From NCBI GenBank assembly GCA_051362555.1, contig CM120643.1:7440001-7504000 (forward strand): a stretch of DNA of 64,000 nt, in the 5' to 3' direction. This document shows positions 50,322 through 61,443 of the stretch, in pieces. Source of the stretch: Lingula anatina (lineage: Eukaryota > Animalia > Brachiopoda). The notes under the pieces are model-generated. The model was not told the origin of the DNA, searched no databases, and saw only the letters and a program-made list of their open reading frames with translations. How positions within the stretch are numbered: the stretch's first letter is position 1; each line of letters opens with the position of its first letter. A program made the position numbers and the translations under genes.

Positions 50322-50956
50322 TTTTTATGTACAGACACAGATGTGTTTGAAAAAAAAAAAAACATTTCAGAACAGTGCTGTCTTGTTTACATTTTGGCAT
50401 TTTCAAGTTGTGACTTTGAAGTTCCATGGGCCTGAAGACCTTTACTAGTCACATTTTCTGAATATACATGATGCTTATATTTTATTATTAAAAATTGATG
50501 GTCATTATGCTGTTAAACATTATGTAATATTGCATCAAAATTTCAAAAAAACCTATTTTGGGCACTGCTCCCATGATGACCATTTAAGAAAAACCATGTC
50601 ACCTACTGTTCTCTAACTTACAGGAAAGAAACGTGGGACTTAAATACAGCTTCAGTAGGCAATGCAGTCTGTTTGGTAATTCTTACTGCCAGTTAAACAG
50701 TTCTTTGTGAAAATTAAATTTTTCACATATTGGCATTTTCAGGGTGTGACTTTGAAGTTCCACCGGCTTAAAGACCCATGCTAGTCATATTTTCTGAAAA
50801 TCTGTGATACATATACTTTATTATTAAAAATTGACGGTCATTACGCTGCTAACCATTATGTAATATTGTATCAGAATAGAAGAAAACACAATTTTGGGTG
50901 CTGCTGCCATAATGACCATTATGGGAAAATCATGTTACTTATGATTGCCAAACTTT

Positions 50957-51007
<51 letters not shown>

Positions 51008-51220
51008 GGACTAAAATGCAGGCCGAGTTGGAAAAGCAGTCTCATTGGCTTCTTTTTCTGGAAGTTATACATTTTCAAAGTGTGAACTTGAACTCCCATG
51101 GGCCTGAAGCCTTATGCTTGTTACACATTTTACTTACATTGGTATTACCTTTTGAGCATAATTAAAATTTGATGTTCAATTTGCAGTTTAACATAATGTA
51201 CTTTTGCATCAGAATTGACA
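50322..51220 (+). mobile_element. HINE family A internally deleted copy carrying a roughly 337-bp diverged array
   Basis: Starts TTTTTATGTACAGACACAGATGTGT (family A terminus). Units CATTTTCA..TGTGACTTTGAAGTTCCA at about 50398, 50734 and 51070. Confidence 0.7.
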
Positions 51221-52207
51221 GTAGCCTCTTTTGTGCATAGTTATTTGCTGCCTTGTTTCACAATAACAGCTACCATACGTTTTTTTATTCACTTTGTTAG
51301 CATATTTTGTATTAAGTATTATGAGCACGTTTTTCACTTGTTGAAAAACTCCATTTGTGAGCATATCCAGGTATAAGTACATGTAAACTAACTGGGATTT
51401 ATACAATAAATAGTAGTGCTAACCTTAGTTGGCAAAGTATTCTTTTTACTTTTCTGCATGATTGACGTTAGAAAGCAGCTTGATGTCAATATGGAGAATA
51501 TATAAGTACCTTGATAATATCATATTATTGCCATCATCTGTTATTTGGTACAATCATTTTTACAAGGCTTTTACCGGTTTCCTTCAAAGGGACAACAGTA
51601 TTTAAATGATATGCATAGGCCAATTCTGTTCATTATTGGAAAGTCTCCGAGGCTGGTAAGACAAAATTGAATGATGAGCATGAGAAAATGATAAGGAGCC
51701 ATTGGAAAACAAAAAGCTGTTCATCAACATACTAAGACTTGACTAAGTCCACATCAAAGAAGTGAAATAGATGGAAACATGCTGATCAGTTTTGCAGCCA
51801 ATTTGAAGTAGCAACTTATCCGCCAACAAAATGACTAAGTTCACATAGAAGAAGTGAAGTAGACAGAAACATGCTGATCATTTTAGCAATGTTTTTGCAG
51901 CAGATTTGCAGTAGTAACCAATTCCCCAACAAAATGCCTAAGTTCACATAGTAGTAAAGTGATATTAATTGTTTAAGTTATTCATGTTTCTCCTTGTCTT
52001 CTGGATTATTGCCTATCATTACAGCACAGATGTTACATACCACCTTGCATGATATTAGGTAGTTATGCATAAAAAAATCACAGAATATTTATATAGACCA
52101 ATTTGTATTTATGGTGATGACATAGAAGTCACTTTTCTTACAGCTAAGGACAAATAATAATATTCATTGTCCATTACAAATCTAGCTCAACATCATGCAC
52201 AAGCAAG

Positions 52208-52710
52208 ATTCAAAGTACAGTTCCTGTATACATGTGGCAGCACACTGTGTGTTATAAAGTATGTCATGTAATTCAAAGTACAGTTCCTGTATACATGTGA
52301 CAGCATACTGTGTCATGAAGTATGTCATGTAATTCAAAGTACAGTTCCTGTATACATGTTACAGCACACTGTGTGTTATAAAGTATGTCATGTAATTCAA
52401 AGTACAGTTCCTGTATACATGTTACAGCACACTGTGTGTTATGAAGTATGTCATGTAATTCAAAGTACAGTTCCTGTATACATGTGACAGCATACTGTGT
52501 CATGAAGTATGTCATGTAATTCAAAGTACAGTTCCTGTATACATGTTACAGCACACTGTGTGTTATGAAGTATGTCATGTAATTCAAAGTACAGTTCCTG
52601 TATACATGTGACAGCATACTGTGTCATGAAGTATGTCATGTAATTCAAAGTACAGTTCCTGTATACATGTGGCAGCATACTGTGTGTTATGGAGTATGTC
52701 ATGTAATTCA
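52208..52710. repeat. Minisatellite, 8 units of 63/61 bp
   Basis: ATTCAAAGTACAGTTCCTGTATACATG units with lengths 63,61,63,63,61,63,61,63. Confidence 0.95.
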
Positions 52711-52757
52711 GACAATTAAAACACTTCAATGAAAGGAATTACTGTTTTTACCTTTTA

Positions 52758-55238
52758 AACTAGAGGATCAGAGAGGCGATACCGCCTCCGAATATTGTAC
52801 CACCAGCTGGAGCAATCGCATTCGTATAGACCCCCACATACACAAAATAAGGGACACAGCCACCAGTCTTGTGCTTGACAAGCTGTAAACATGCAATCAA
52901 CAAGAATTTTCAATATATGCAAAAAATATATGAAACTAAAAATGGTACAATCAAATTTAAGTTCATCGTAAGGTAGGTGAAAGGTCATTTTCAAGGTCAC
53001 AGTAAATTGCCAGTATATGACTTCCTATTCAAGTTCAATAGTAACTATGGACCTATCTCTGCCAGGTTTGGAGTTAAAAGAGAAAGAAATTAGCAGAGTT
53101 AGATCAAAGGTCAATTTAAAGGTCACACTTAGATTGCCAGTATATGACTTCCTATTCAAGTACAATAGTAACTATGGACCTATCTCTGCCAGTTTTAGAG
53201 ATAAATGGGAAGCAAAATTTGCAAAGTTCAGTTCATGGTGAAAAGTAGGTCAAAGGTCAATTTCAAGGTCACAGTAAGATTGCCAGTATTTGACTTCCTA
53301 TTCAAGTTCAGTAGTAACTATGGACCTATCTCTGCCAGTTTTGGAGATAAAAGGGAAGCAAAATTTGCAAAGTTCAGTTCATGGTGAAAAGTAGGTCAAA
53401 GGTCAATTTTAAGGTCACATTTAGATTGCCAGTATATGACTTCCCATTCAAGTTCAATAAAAATTATGGACCTATCTTTGCCAGTTTTGGAGATATAAGG
53501 GAAGCAAAATTTGCAAACTTCAATTCATGGTGAAAAATAGGTCAAAGGTCAATTTTAAGGTCACATTTAGATTGCCAGTATATGACTTCCTATTCAAGTT
53601 CAACAGTAACCATGGACCAATCTGTGCCAGTTTTGGAGATAAAAGGGAAGCAAAATTTGCAAAGTTCAGTTCATGGTGAAAAGTAGGTCAAAGGTCAATT
53701 TTAAGTTCACATTAAGATTGCCAGTATATGACTTTCTATTCAAGTTCAATAGTATCTTTGGACCTATCTCTGCCAGTTTTGCAGATAAAAGGGACTAAAT
53801 GTTATAATTTTGGAGTTACCATAATGTGCCATAAATTTCCTACAGAAAAAATTAATTGAAATAAAGAAAAGGTCATTTTGGTCAAAATTTTTGGAATGGG
53901 AGGTGCTCTGAAGTTCCAGGTATTCAAATTTCATGAAATAATGTCATTTTTGACCACAAGTTGTCTGCTTTGCCAAGCCTTATGTATCATTTTTCTGGAG
54001 TTCAAAATTTATTATCCATTACCGTACTGCACATTTTGCTTTCACCACCAATATGTATTTTTTGATATAGTGTAACTTTAGAGATAAAAGGGAAGCAAAA
54101 TTTGCAAAGTTCAGTTCATGGTGAAAAGTAGGTCAAAGGTCAATTTTAAGGTCACATTAAGACTGCCAGTATATGATTTCCTATTCAACTTCAATAGTAA
54201 CTATGGTCCTATCTCTGCCAGTTTTGGAGATATAAGGGACTAAATGTTATAATTTTGGAGTTACCATAATGTGCCATAAATTTCCTACAGAAAAGATTAA
54301 TTAAAATAAAGAAAACATAATTTTGGTCAAAATTCTTAAAATAGGAGGTGCTCTGAAGTTCCAGAAGTTCAAATTTGATGAAATAATGTCATTTTTGACC
54401 ACAAGTTGTCTGCTTTGCCAAGCCTTATGTATTATTTTTCCAGAGTTCAAAATTTATTATCCATTACCGTACTGCACATTTTGCTTTTACCACCAATATG
54501 TACTTTTTGATACAGCGTAACTTGAAAACCATATGGAATACAAAAAAATGGAGACCACCCCCAGTGTTGGGCTTTACATGCTCTCCAAAATGCAAAAAAG
54601 AATGGGTCTCTAGCATTAACGGTTCCCGAATTAGAGACAGTTTTCAGTTTCGGTACTTTATGGCCGCTACTCCCGTGAAAATGCACCGATTGACATCAAA
54701 TTCACGGAGATGAAAGATGACCCGAAGGGTTACACTTTCCAATAATATTATTGGTTAAGTCTGTGTGGTATCTGAATAACAGGGAAAAAAAATTTTTTTT
54801 CATAAAAAATTTCATTTTTTTGAAAATTTTGGCCCGTTTGACCTTGAAATAAAGGTCAAAGGTCAAATCCAAGGGCATATTTGAAATCTACACATATGAC
54901 TTTTGGAAAGCTGTCTGTAGAAATTTTTCCCATAACTCCTTCCGTAGGGTAGATAATTAGCATTTAATTTTGCCATTTTTAGACAAGGGTGCATTGCAAT
55001 GAGTGCCACACCTAGACCCCAATACCGACAAAGCCCAAATTTTACGTGGAACGAGTTGAGATTATAGGTGACCTAAATCCAAGAGATGGGTACAGGGGCC
55101 CTTACCGTCTAGGAGGAGAAGCGGTAACGGTGACTTGGCGGCGGAGCCGCAGGAGCCGCAGGAGCCGCAGGAGCCGGCGGAACATACGGGTCGGGACTAA
55201 AACCATGGGTACCGCCAGCGCCTATGCTGGTGGTACAA
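52758..55238 (-). mobile_element. HINE family B, copy 2, with an internal duplication of about 445 bp
   Basis: AACTAGAGGATCAGAGAGGCG start, 146-bp array and terminal GTACCGCCAGCG..TGCTGGTGGTAC hairpin. Colinear with 30419-32858. Confidence 0.88.
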
Positions 55239-56499
55239 ATATAGCTTATGTGTGTTGAAATCAGTCCTTATCTTTACAGCAGCAGGCAACGAGACCATAA
55301 AACCAAATATTTGTGTTCAAGAAACAATGGAAATTACAGATAAAGTAACACCTGTTCAAATCATGGGCATTATGGAGTAACGACCAGTCATTAAAAACAT
55401 TAACGCCGTCAGCAGATCCCGTCATTGCTATATTACACCATACACAATTCATACTTTGGGACTTTAGAACCTTTGGACCATGAAACCTCAAGCAAGTGAT
55501 CCTATTGACTAGCAAACCTTTGGAACAACGGTACATTTGCATTATCAAACTATCAGACCAATGAACCTTCTGACTACTGAACCTTTTGAACCATTGGATC
55601 TTGGCATCATCAAACTATCAGCATGGGCGGCCAAAAGGGCAAAAATTCAAGTCATCAATTCAGTTATGTTTTGTCGATTCACTGCCTTCCCATCAATTCA
55701 GTTTGAAGTTGAAACGAGCCTATCATAAATTCAACATCTACTTTCGTCAATTCAATTGTCAAACATTTCTCATCTACGGTGTATTAAAACCAATGCTCTC
55801 ACTATTTTCGTCGATCGTCTAACTATTCGCGTTGATCGTCTAACTATTCTCGTCGATCCTGTAACGTCATTTCATCATTCATCAATCTATCGCCAGAGGG
55901 TGCTGCAGTAGTAACATGTGTTTCCATAGCCATTGTCAGAGGTGAAAATTTTCACATACATTTCCATAATTATCGGACACTTCACTGCCCTTTGGCACAT
56001 TGTATGGCAACCTCACTAGGCCTACTTGGATTTTAACATCTCAGATTACTTGAGTTTCACCTTTTTATTCAACTAGAATATATATATAATGTCCCGTAAC
56101 CTAACAGAGTCAATAGATAGAACCTTTCTCCAATCTATTGGAGGAGGACTCAACCAAGCGGTGACACTTATTAATGGTGTTAGTGACAGGTCCATATCCA
56201 CAACTTCTACTTCTCATGACCAGGAAAACGGGGGAGAGGAGATATGCTGGTTGAAAATCTTTCTCCTTGTGTTTTGCAAGAAACTTTCAAAAATTGAGAT
56301 AGGCCTAATCAATGAAAAACCCTCTGATCTGGCTCTGCTGCTACACTGTCTTCAGACTGATTTTAATTTAAAATGAATTAGCTACACCTAAAAAATGTAA
56401 TGAATAAAATAAATGAATGAGTAATATAAGACATTTAACAAAAAGAATAAACCTGAACAATCAGTCTTTTCATATGTTTTGTTGAAAAATTAGGCCAGG

Positions 56500-56700
56500 T
56501 CATTTTGAAAGAGGGGGAGATTATGAAGGTGAGGACAATGACAGACGAGGGTGAAGAGGACAATGACAGACAAGAGGGTGAAGAGGACAATGACAGACAC
56601 GAGGGTGAAGAGGACAATGCCAGTATGTGGCATGCTGCCTATAGATAGAGCATACATATCCCTTTCAGCAAGAGGCAGACAGAAAGCAGTTATCAAAAGC
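56500..56700 (+). pseudogene. Second degenerate P2X7-C/KolX-like fragment with a 27-bp acidic repeat
   Basis: (EGEEDNDRx)n followed by NASMWHAAYR*, resembling the R-H-A-A-Y-R motif of this family. Confidence 0.4.
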
Positions 56701-57699
56701 TTTTTTTTTAATCTTTTTTTTTCTTCTAAATCTGTATGGTTTTTGGATTAATCTTTTTTCTAAATCTGTATGTTTTGTATAAAAAGTTTTGGAGTATCAT
56801 GGAGAAGACATGTTGAATGTGGTAACCAATTAGATGGAATATTTTTCAGAACATACTCATACTTTAATTAAATTCTTTTTTTTTTCAGAAAGCAAAAAAA
56901 AGAATGCAGATCTTGTCAGCTCAAGGGTGGCAGACTGTCCATTTCACAGAATAGAAACCCCAAACACCAGAATAAAATAGAAATGAAGAAAGATATAAAC
57001 ACTGTTTATTTTTTGTTTGGTAAAATTCAGGCAATTGAGTTTCCAGTTCGGGCAAGTATGGTAGAGCCCTACCAAAGCATAACAACATATATCCCACTAA
57101 AAAAAGACATTAGCTCCGTTTCCCAAAACCTATCAGGGTAACCACCCTCTTTAAATCTTCTTCTGAAGTCAATAATCAAAAGCAAAAATGCTGACATCAG
57201 ATGTGCTGCTATATATATATTGGGCAGGCGATAATGAGCTCAGCATTCCCACGTGCTTCCCCGACTAAAGTAACCTGCATACCGAAGGATTTCAAAATCA
57301 AATAAAATATCCCGTGACCATTTTACTCAGGCAATGAGACCATAAAACCAAATATTTGTGCTCAAGAAAGAATGAAAATTACAGACTAAATAACATCTGT
57401 CCAAAGCTGGGGCATTATGGAGTCATGAACATACTCATCAGAGTTATGAGGTTATACTACTCTAACAGTAAAAATTGTAAAAACTTAACCTCAGGTTTTG
57501 TAAACAACTTTTATCACCAAAGTATGCAGGAAGAGGAGAGACTGGAAGAATTCTTGCTCACATAAAGATTAAAATACAATTAATAAAATTTTAGCTTAAA
57601 ATATAACACTTGGATGATAACAACCTACTTTTACAAGCATACCTATAGATGAATTACAATATTACAAATTACTCTCAACAAAAAGCTTGTCAAATCTGA

Positions 57700-58258
57700 A
57701 AGATGGTAACTTCTCATGGAGTAAAGGTATCATGAAACTCCTATTCGAAACCGATTTGGAGATAAATAAAATTCCTTAGCACATTCAAAAAACATCATCA
57801 GTGGCTTCGTACAAAACTTCCACAGTTAACTTGAGGACAAATCTAAATCCAGCACCTATTGCCAATTCAAAAATACATTTAAAAAAGGAAAAATATCTGG
57901 ACGTTGTTCAAGATGATGAAAAAAGAAAAAGCCTTAGTTGTTCACACCAGTGGGCATAAACTCCACATTGTAACAGGCAGATACACTAACACCACTCCTG
58001 ATGCACAAACACATCTACATTGCTGCTTTAATTTGATATACTCAGGAAATACTGTAGCATCATATCCAAACTGCTAACAATAACAAAACAATATCATTAA
58101 ATAATCCAATCATGGAACTAAGATTAAAAAATCCAAAATGCAGTTTATCAGTTATAGTGTAAACAACAGATATGTCACAAAGTGCTGACTATGACAATGA
58201 CACTGGACAGACACAGTGATCAGAATATAGACAGACTGAAAGTGTCTGTATATAATAA
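57700..58258 (-). mobile_element. Old decayed HINE-like element
   Basis: Ends with decayed GAC/GACA repeats and hairpin ATATAGACAGAC...GTCTGTATAT plus A-run. Left boundary uncertain. Confidence 0.35.
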
Positions 58259-59289
58259 AAAGGTGATAAAACTTGCAATTGCAACTTAATGACCTCACAA
58301 TAACAGAGATCATCTATAACACATGATATCTGCATTGAAATATATATTCACATTAAAACATTTTCACATAAGTCTTGTTCTCTTCAGTGATGGCTTATTG
58401 TTTACCACAATCTTGCTGTATATGCTACCTCTACTAGTACTGTAACAGTTTCCATGCATATGGGGAAAATTATTATAACACATCACAACTGAGCTGGAAT
58501 ATCAATTCACTTTTAGACATTTCCATGGTGTCTAATCGGGTATTGTCCAACACAATCTCCTTGCTTTATATACCCTGCGTCTATAGTTTCTATGCATATG
58601 GGGGGGGGGGGGGGGGGGGAATTGATTCTTTGTGTTACCTGGAACCCACAATTGTTATACAATTGCACTGTTCCATATAACTGGCTCCACAGGATCTGCC
58701 GTGTTTGGAAGCCTTGTTCTGGGTGGTTCTGGCAGCACTCTCTAAAATGAAATGGGCGTAACTGTTTAGAATGTAACTGTTTTCATGTGTATCCTCTCTG
58801 TAATATCCTTAACAATTCTTTGTGCATCATAGTGCAAACTATTATCAGGAACAATTCAATGATACGTAATTCAAATATAGGATGCTTTTGTAAAATGCTC
58901 AACATTTTTGTATCACCATACTTGATATTTATATCTTGATACTGCTCGTATGTAATGGTGATCATATTAAAATATAAGTATTCATTTTATGTATTTTGTG
59001 CATACAAGATGAATTGGATTCAAATTCTTTAAAAATGACAGGTGTGATTAAAAAAGCACTTGATGTATATAAAAATTAAATTTACATTACAATTAAAGCA
59101 GTGAAACATTAATTTTATTCATAATAATCCATGCTTTCCATTTGAAATAATCATTTCACCCCCCACCCCCCCCCCCCAAAAAAAAAAAAATGTTACAATT
59201 GTGTCTCTTTCACAAGGGACAGAGGGGAAACAAATTACCTATCTTTATTTGCATTAAAAAAAAAACAACCATATATTTTGTCTGCTATC

Positions 59290-60530
59290 TGTCACCTGTT
59301 TACAATAGCTGTCCTGTCTCTGGTTCTTCATTCATCCTAAAACTTGCCACATCCCGTGTCTTGCACAACTGGGTGAGATGAAGATGTTCCTGTTGCTGCC
59401 TTTTTATGTCTGCTTCTTATAAAATACATGTCCCCCATGTTCAGCCAGGTAAAGTCAGTTCACCTGGAAGACACCATGCTGTATGGAGACTGGAGCTGGA
59501 AAAAGAGACATGACAGTGAAGGAACACTAATTATCTTAACACACAAAAGAAAAGACAAAAACCTGACAGTCCACCAGAGCCAGTTGGGAAAAATATTATA
59601 ACTATGGTGCACTGCCAAGTGCCCACCTTATATGGTAGACATCATTGTTGTGGTGATTGAACTGTGATAAGTTAAAAATTACTTTGTCTTTTGGAGGCTA
59701 CTGGACACAATTGTGACTGCTGAGACCAGCACATTCTCAGATTGAACACAGTTAAATAAACAGATCTCTGCCAAATCTGTTGGAATTTTTGTGACATTTG
59801 AATACAAAATGCCTAACAATTGCAAAAATCTGGGATAATTATATCAATTGACAGTGACTAATTGAAAGACATTTTCTGACATTTGAGATGAGTCACCAAG
59901 GAAATTCTAACATGTTCTTCAGCCACTTTATATGAAGAGTTAAGTGCACATGAACAATATTTAATGGAAGTATTCATCTTTTAGATATTTTGTGCATTTA
60001 TAATTAATGGTTTAAATAAAAAAAATGCATTGGTAACAAATGAGAGACGTGGATAAAAAATGCCCTTAAACAACTTCAATACGCATTACAATTATAAGTT
60101 TTTTTTTAATAAAGAAGTGTGGTAATTATTAAACCCGTGCTTTTTAAGTCATATTAAAAAATATTCAAATACAAAACTTGGGATAACTGGCCTTGTGTTT
60201 CTACAGAGGTAAGAAAGAAGACCAATTATACCCACTGTTACTTCAAAGACAAAACCAGCTGTTCATTTTGTGTACAACCTGCAAAAAGTCCAGTTCCCTG
60301 TTTACCATGGCTGTCCTGTCTCTGGTTCTTCATAACCCATTCATCCTGAAACTTGCTGTGTCTTGCGCAGTTGCATGAGATGAAGGGATATTCCTGCAGC
60401 TGTTATTTCCTGTCTATTTCATATTAATAATACATCCCCGGACCCCCCCCCCATGTCCAGCCAGGTAAAGTCAGTTCACCTAGAAGTCACCATGCTCTAT
60501 GGAGACTGGAGCTGGAAAAAGAGACAAAAG
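59290..60530. repeat. Diverged duplication of about 220 bp (59290-59510 and 60300-60527) containing a minus-strand micro-exon-like core
   Basis: Shared GCTGTCCTGTCTCTGGTTCTTCAT and CAGCCAGGTAAAGTCAGTTCACCT...ATGGAGACTGGAGCTGGAAAAAGAGACA. Confidence 0.8.
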
Positions 60531-60626
60531 ATAATATTAATGAAGTGACATAAATTATCTTAATAAAAAGAATATTGACAGTCCACAAGAGCCAGAAGAA
60601 TATTAGGGACCATTCCTATACTAACT

Positions 60627-60788
60627 CAGGGGCGGATTTAGGCCGTCCTCCGGGATCTTCCGGAAGAAGGTCAGATTTTTAAGTTTACATTGGCGAGTAA
60701 CTAATCTTTTCTATTGGAAGACGCCTGACGGTCTAAAATGGAGGATGGATCAATAAAGATAATTCGGAAGCCTGTCAGAAATTACCTG
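60627..60788 (-). mobile_element. MITE family M1, copy 3 (inverted, nested)
   Basis: CAGGGGCGGATTTAGGC start, reverse-complement match to 5250-5417, flanked by TAACT. Confidence 0.8.
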
Positions 60789-60979
60789 TAACTGTTGATC
60801 AATGTATTTCTGAGGGGATTCTTGCTAAATTGCAATCAACTTGAGCAGCTTAGATGTCTGTCACACCTACTGAAGCTGCTAAAGAGTAATTAATTATCAG
60901 TAGGCACGCCAGACATCTAAGCTGCTAAGCTAAAGCAATTCAGCAAGAAATCCCTCAGAAATAAGTTGATTAACATTTA

Positions 60980-61236
60980 GGCTTCGTTCACATGCAATGT
61001 CTATTTTCTAAATTCTATTTTCTATTTGCGGTATGTCTTATGATCACGGTCTGTGGCCTGAATATCCCGCGGCGTAATTACTGGCAGCGCGAGCCAGTTA
61101 CTATAAGTTACTATAAGTAACTGGCTCGCACTGCCAGTAATTACGCGGCGGGATATTCAGGGCACAGACCGTGATCATAAGATAGCGCAAATAGAAAATA
61201 GAAATTAGAAAATAGACATTGCATGTGAACGAAGCC
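60980..61236. mobile_element. Near-perfect 257-bp palindromic Harbinger MITE (nested)
   Basis: GGCTTCGTTCACATGCAATGTCTATTTTC...GAAAATAGACATTGCATGTGAACGAAGCC with TTA TSD. Confidence 0.92.
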
Positions 61237-61267
61237 TTAGTCTGGGAATGGTCCCTTAAATGGTCAC

Positions 61268-61443
61268 TGTTGATGATTGTGTTAGTTGAGACCGTGACCT
61301 CTGACATTGTGTTCCGTTCCCATGATGCATTAGTAGTAATGGTTAGGTGTTGAATAAAGTTCAGTGTTCATTGAACATGTGAATATTGCGTTGTTCCACA
61401 TACACACAGTCTGGTCCATACAAAACTGGGACCGAGATCAACA
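61268..61443 (+). mobile_element. Solo LTR, 176 bp (5-bp TSD; Copia/BEL-like)
   Basis: TGTTGAT...ATCAACA perfect terminal IR, exact TSD GTCAC on both sides, internal AATAAA at about 61353. Confidence 0.85.

Larger units (their letters stand above)
60606..61255. mobile_element. Outer palindromic Harbinger-type MITE interrupted by two nested MITEs
   Basis: TIR GGGACCATTCCTATACTAA / TTAGTCTGGGAATGGTCCC with TTA TSD. The body at 60789-60979 is a foldback continuous with the TIRs once the inserts are removed. Confidence 0.8.

Noticed and set aside
52208-52710. Regular repeat array as a possible CRISPR
   Set aside because: No unique spacers, no cas genes, eukaryotic context.
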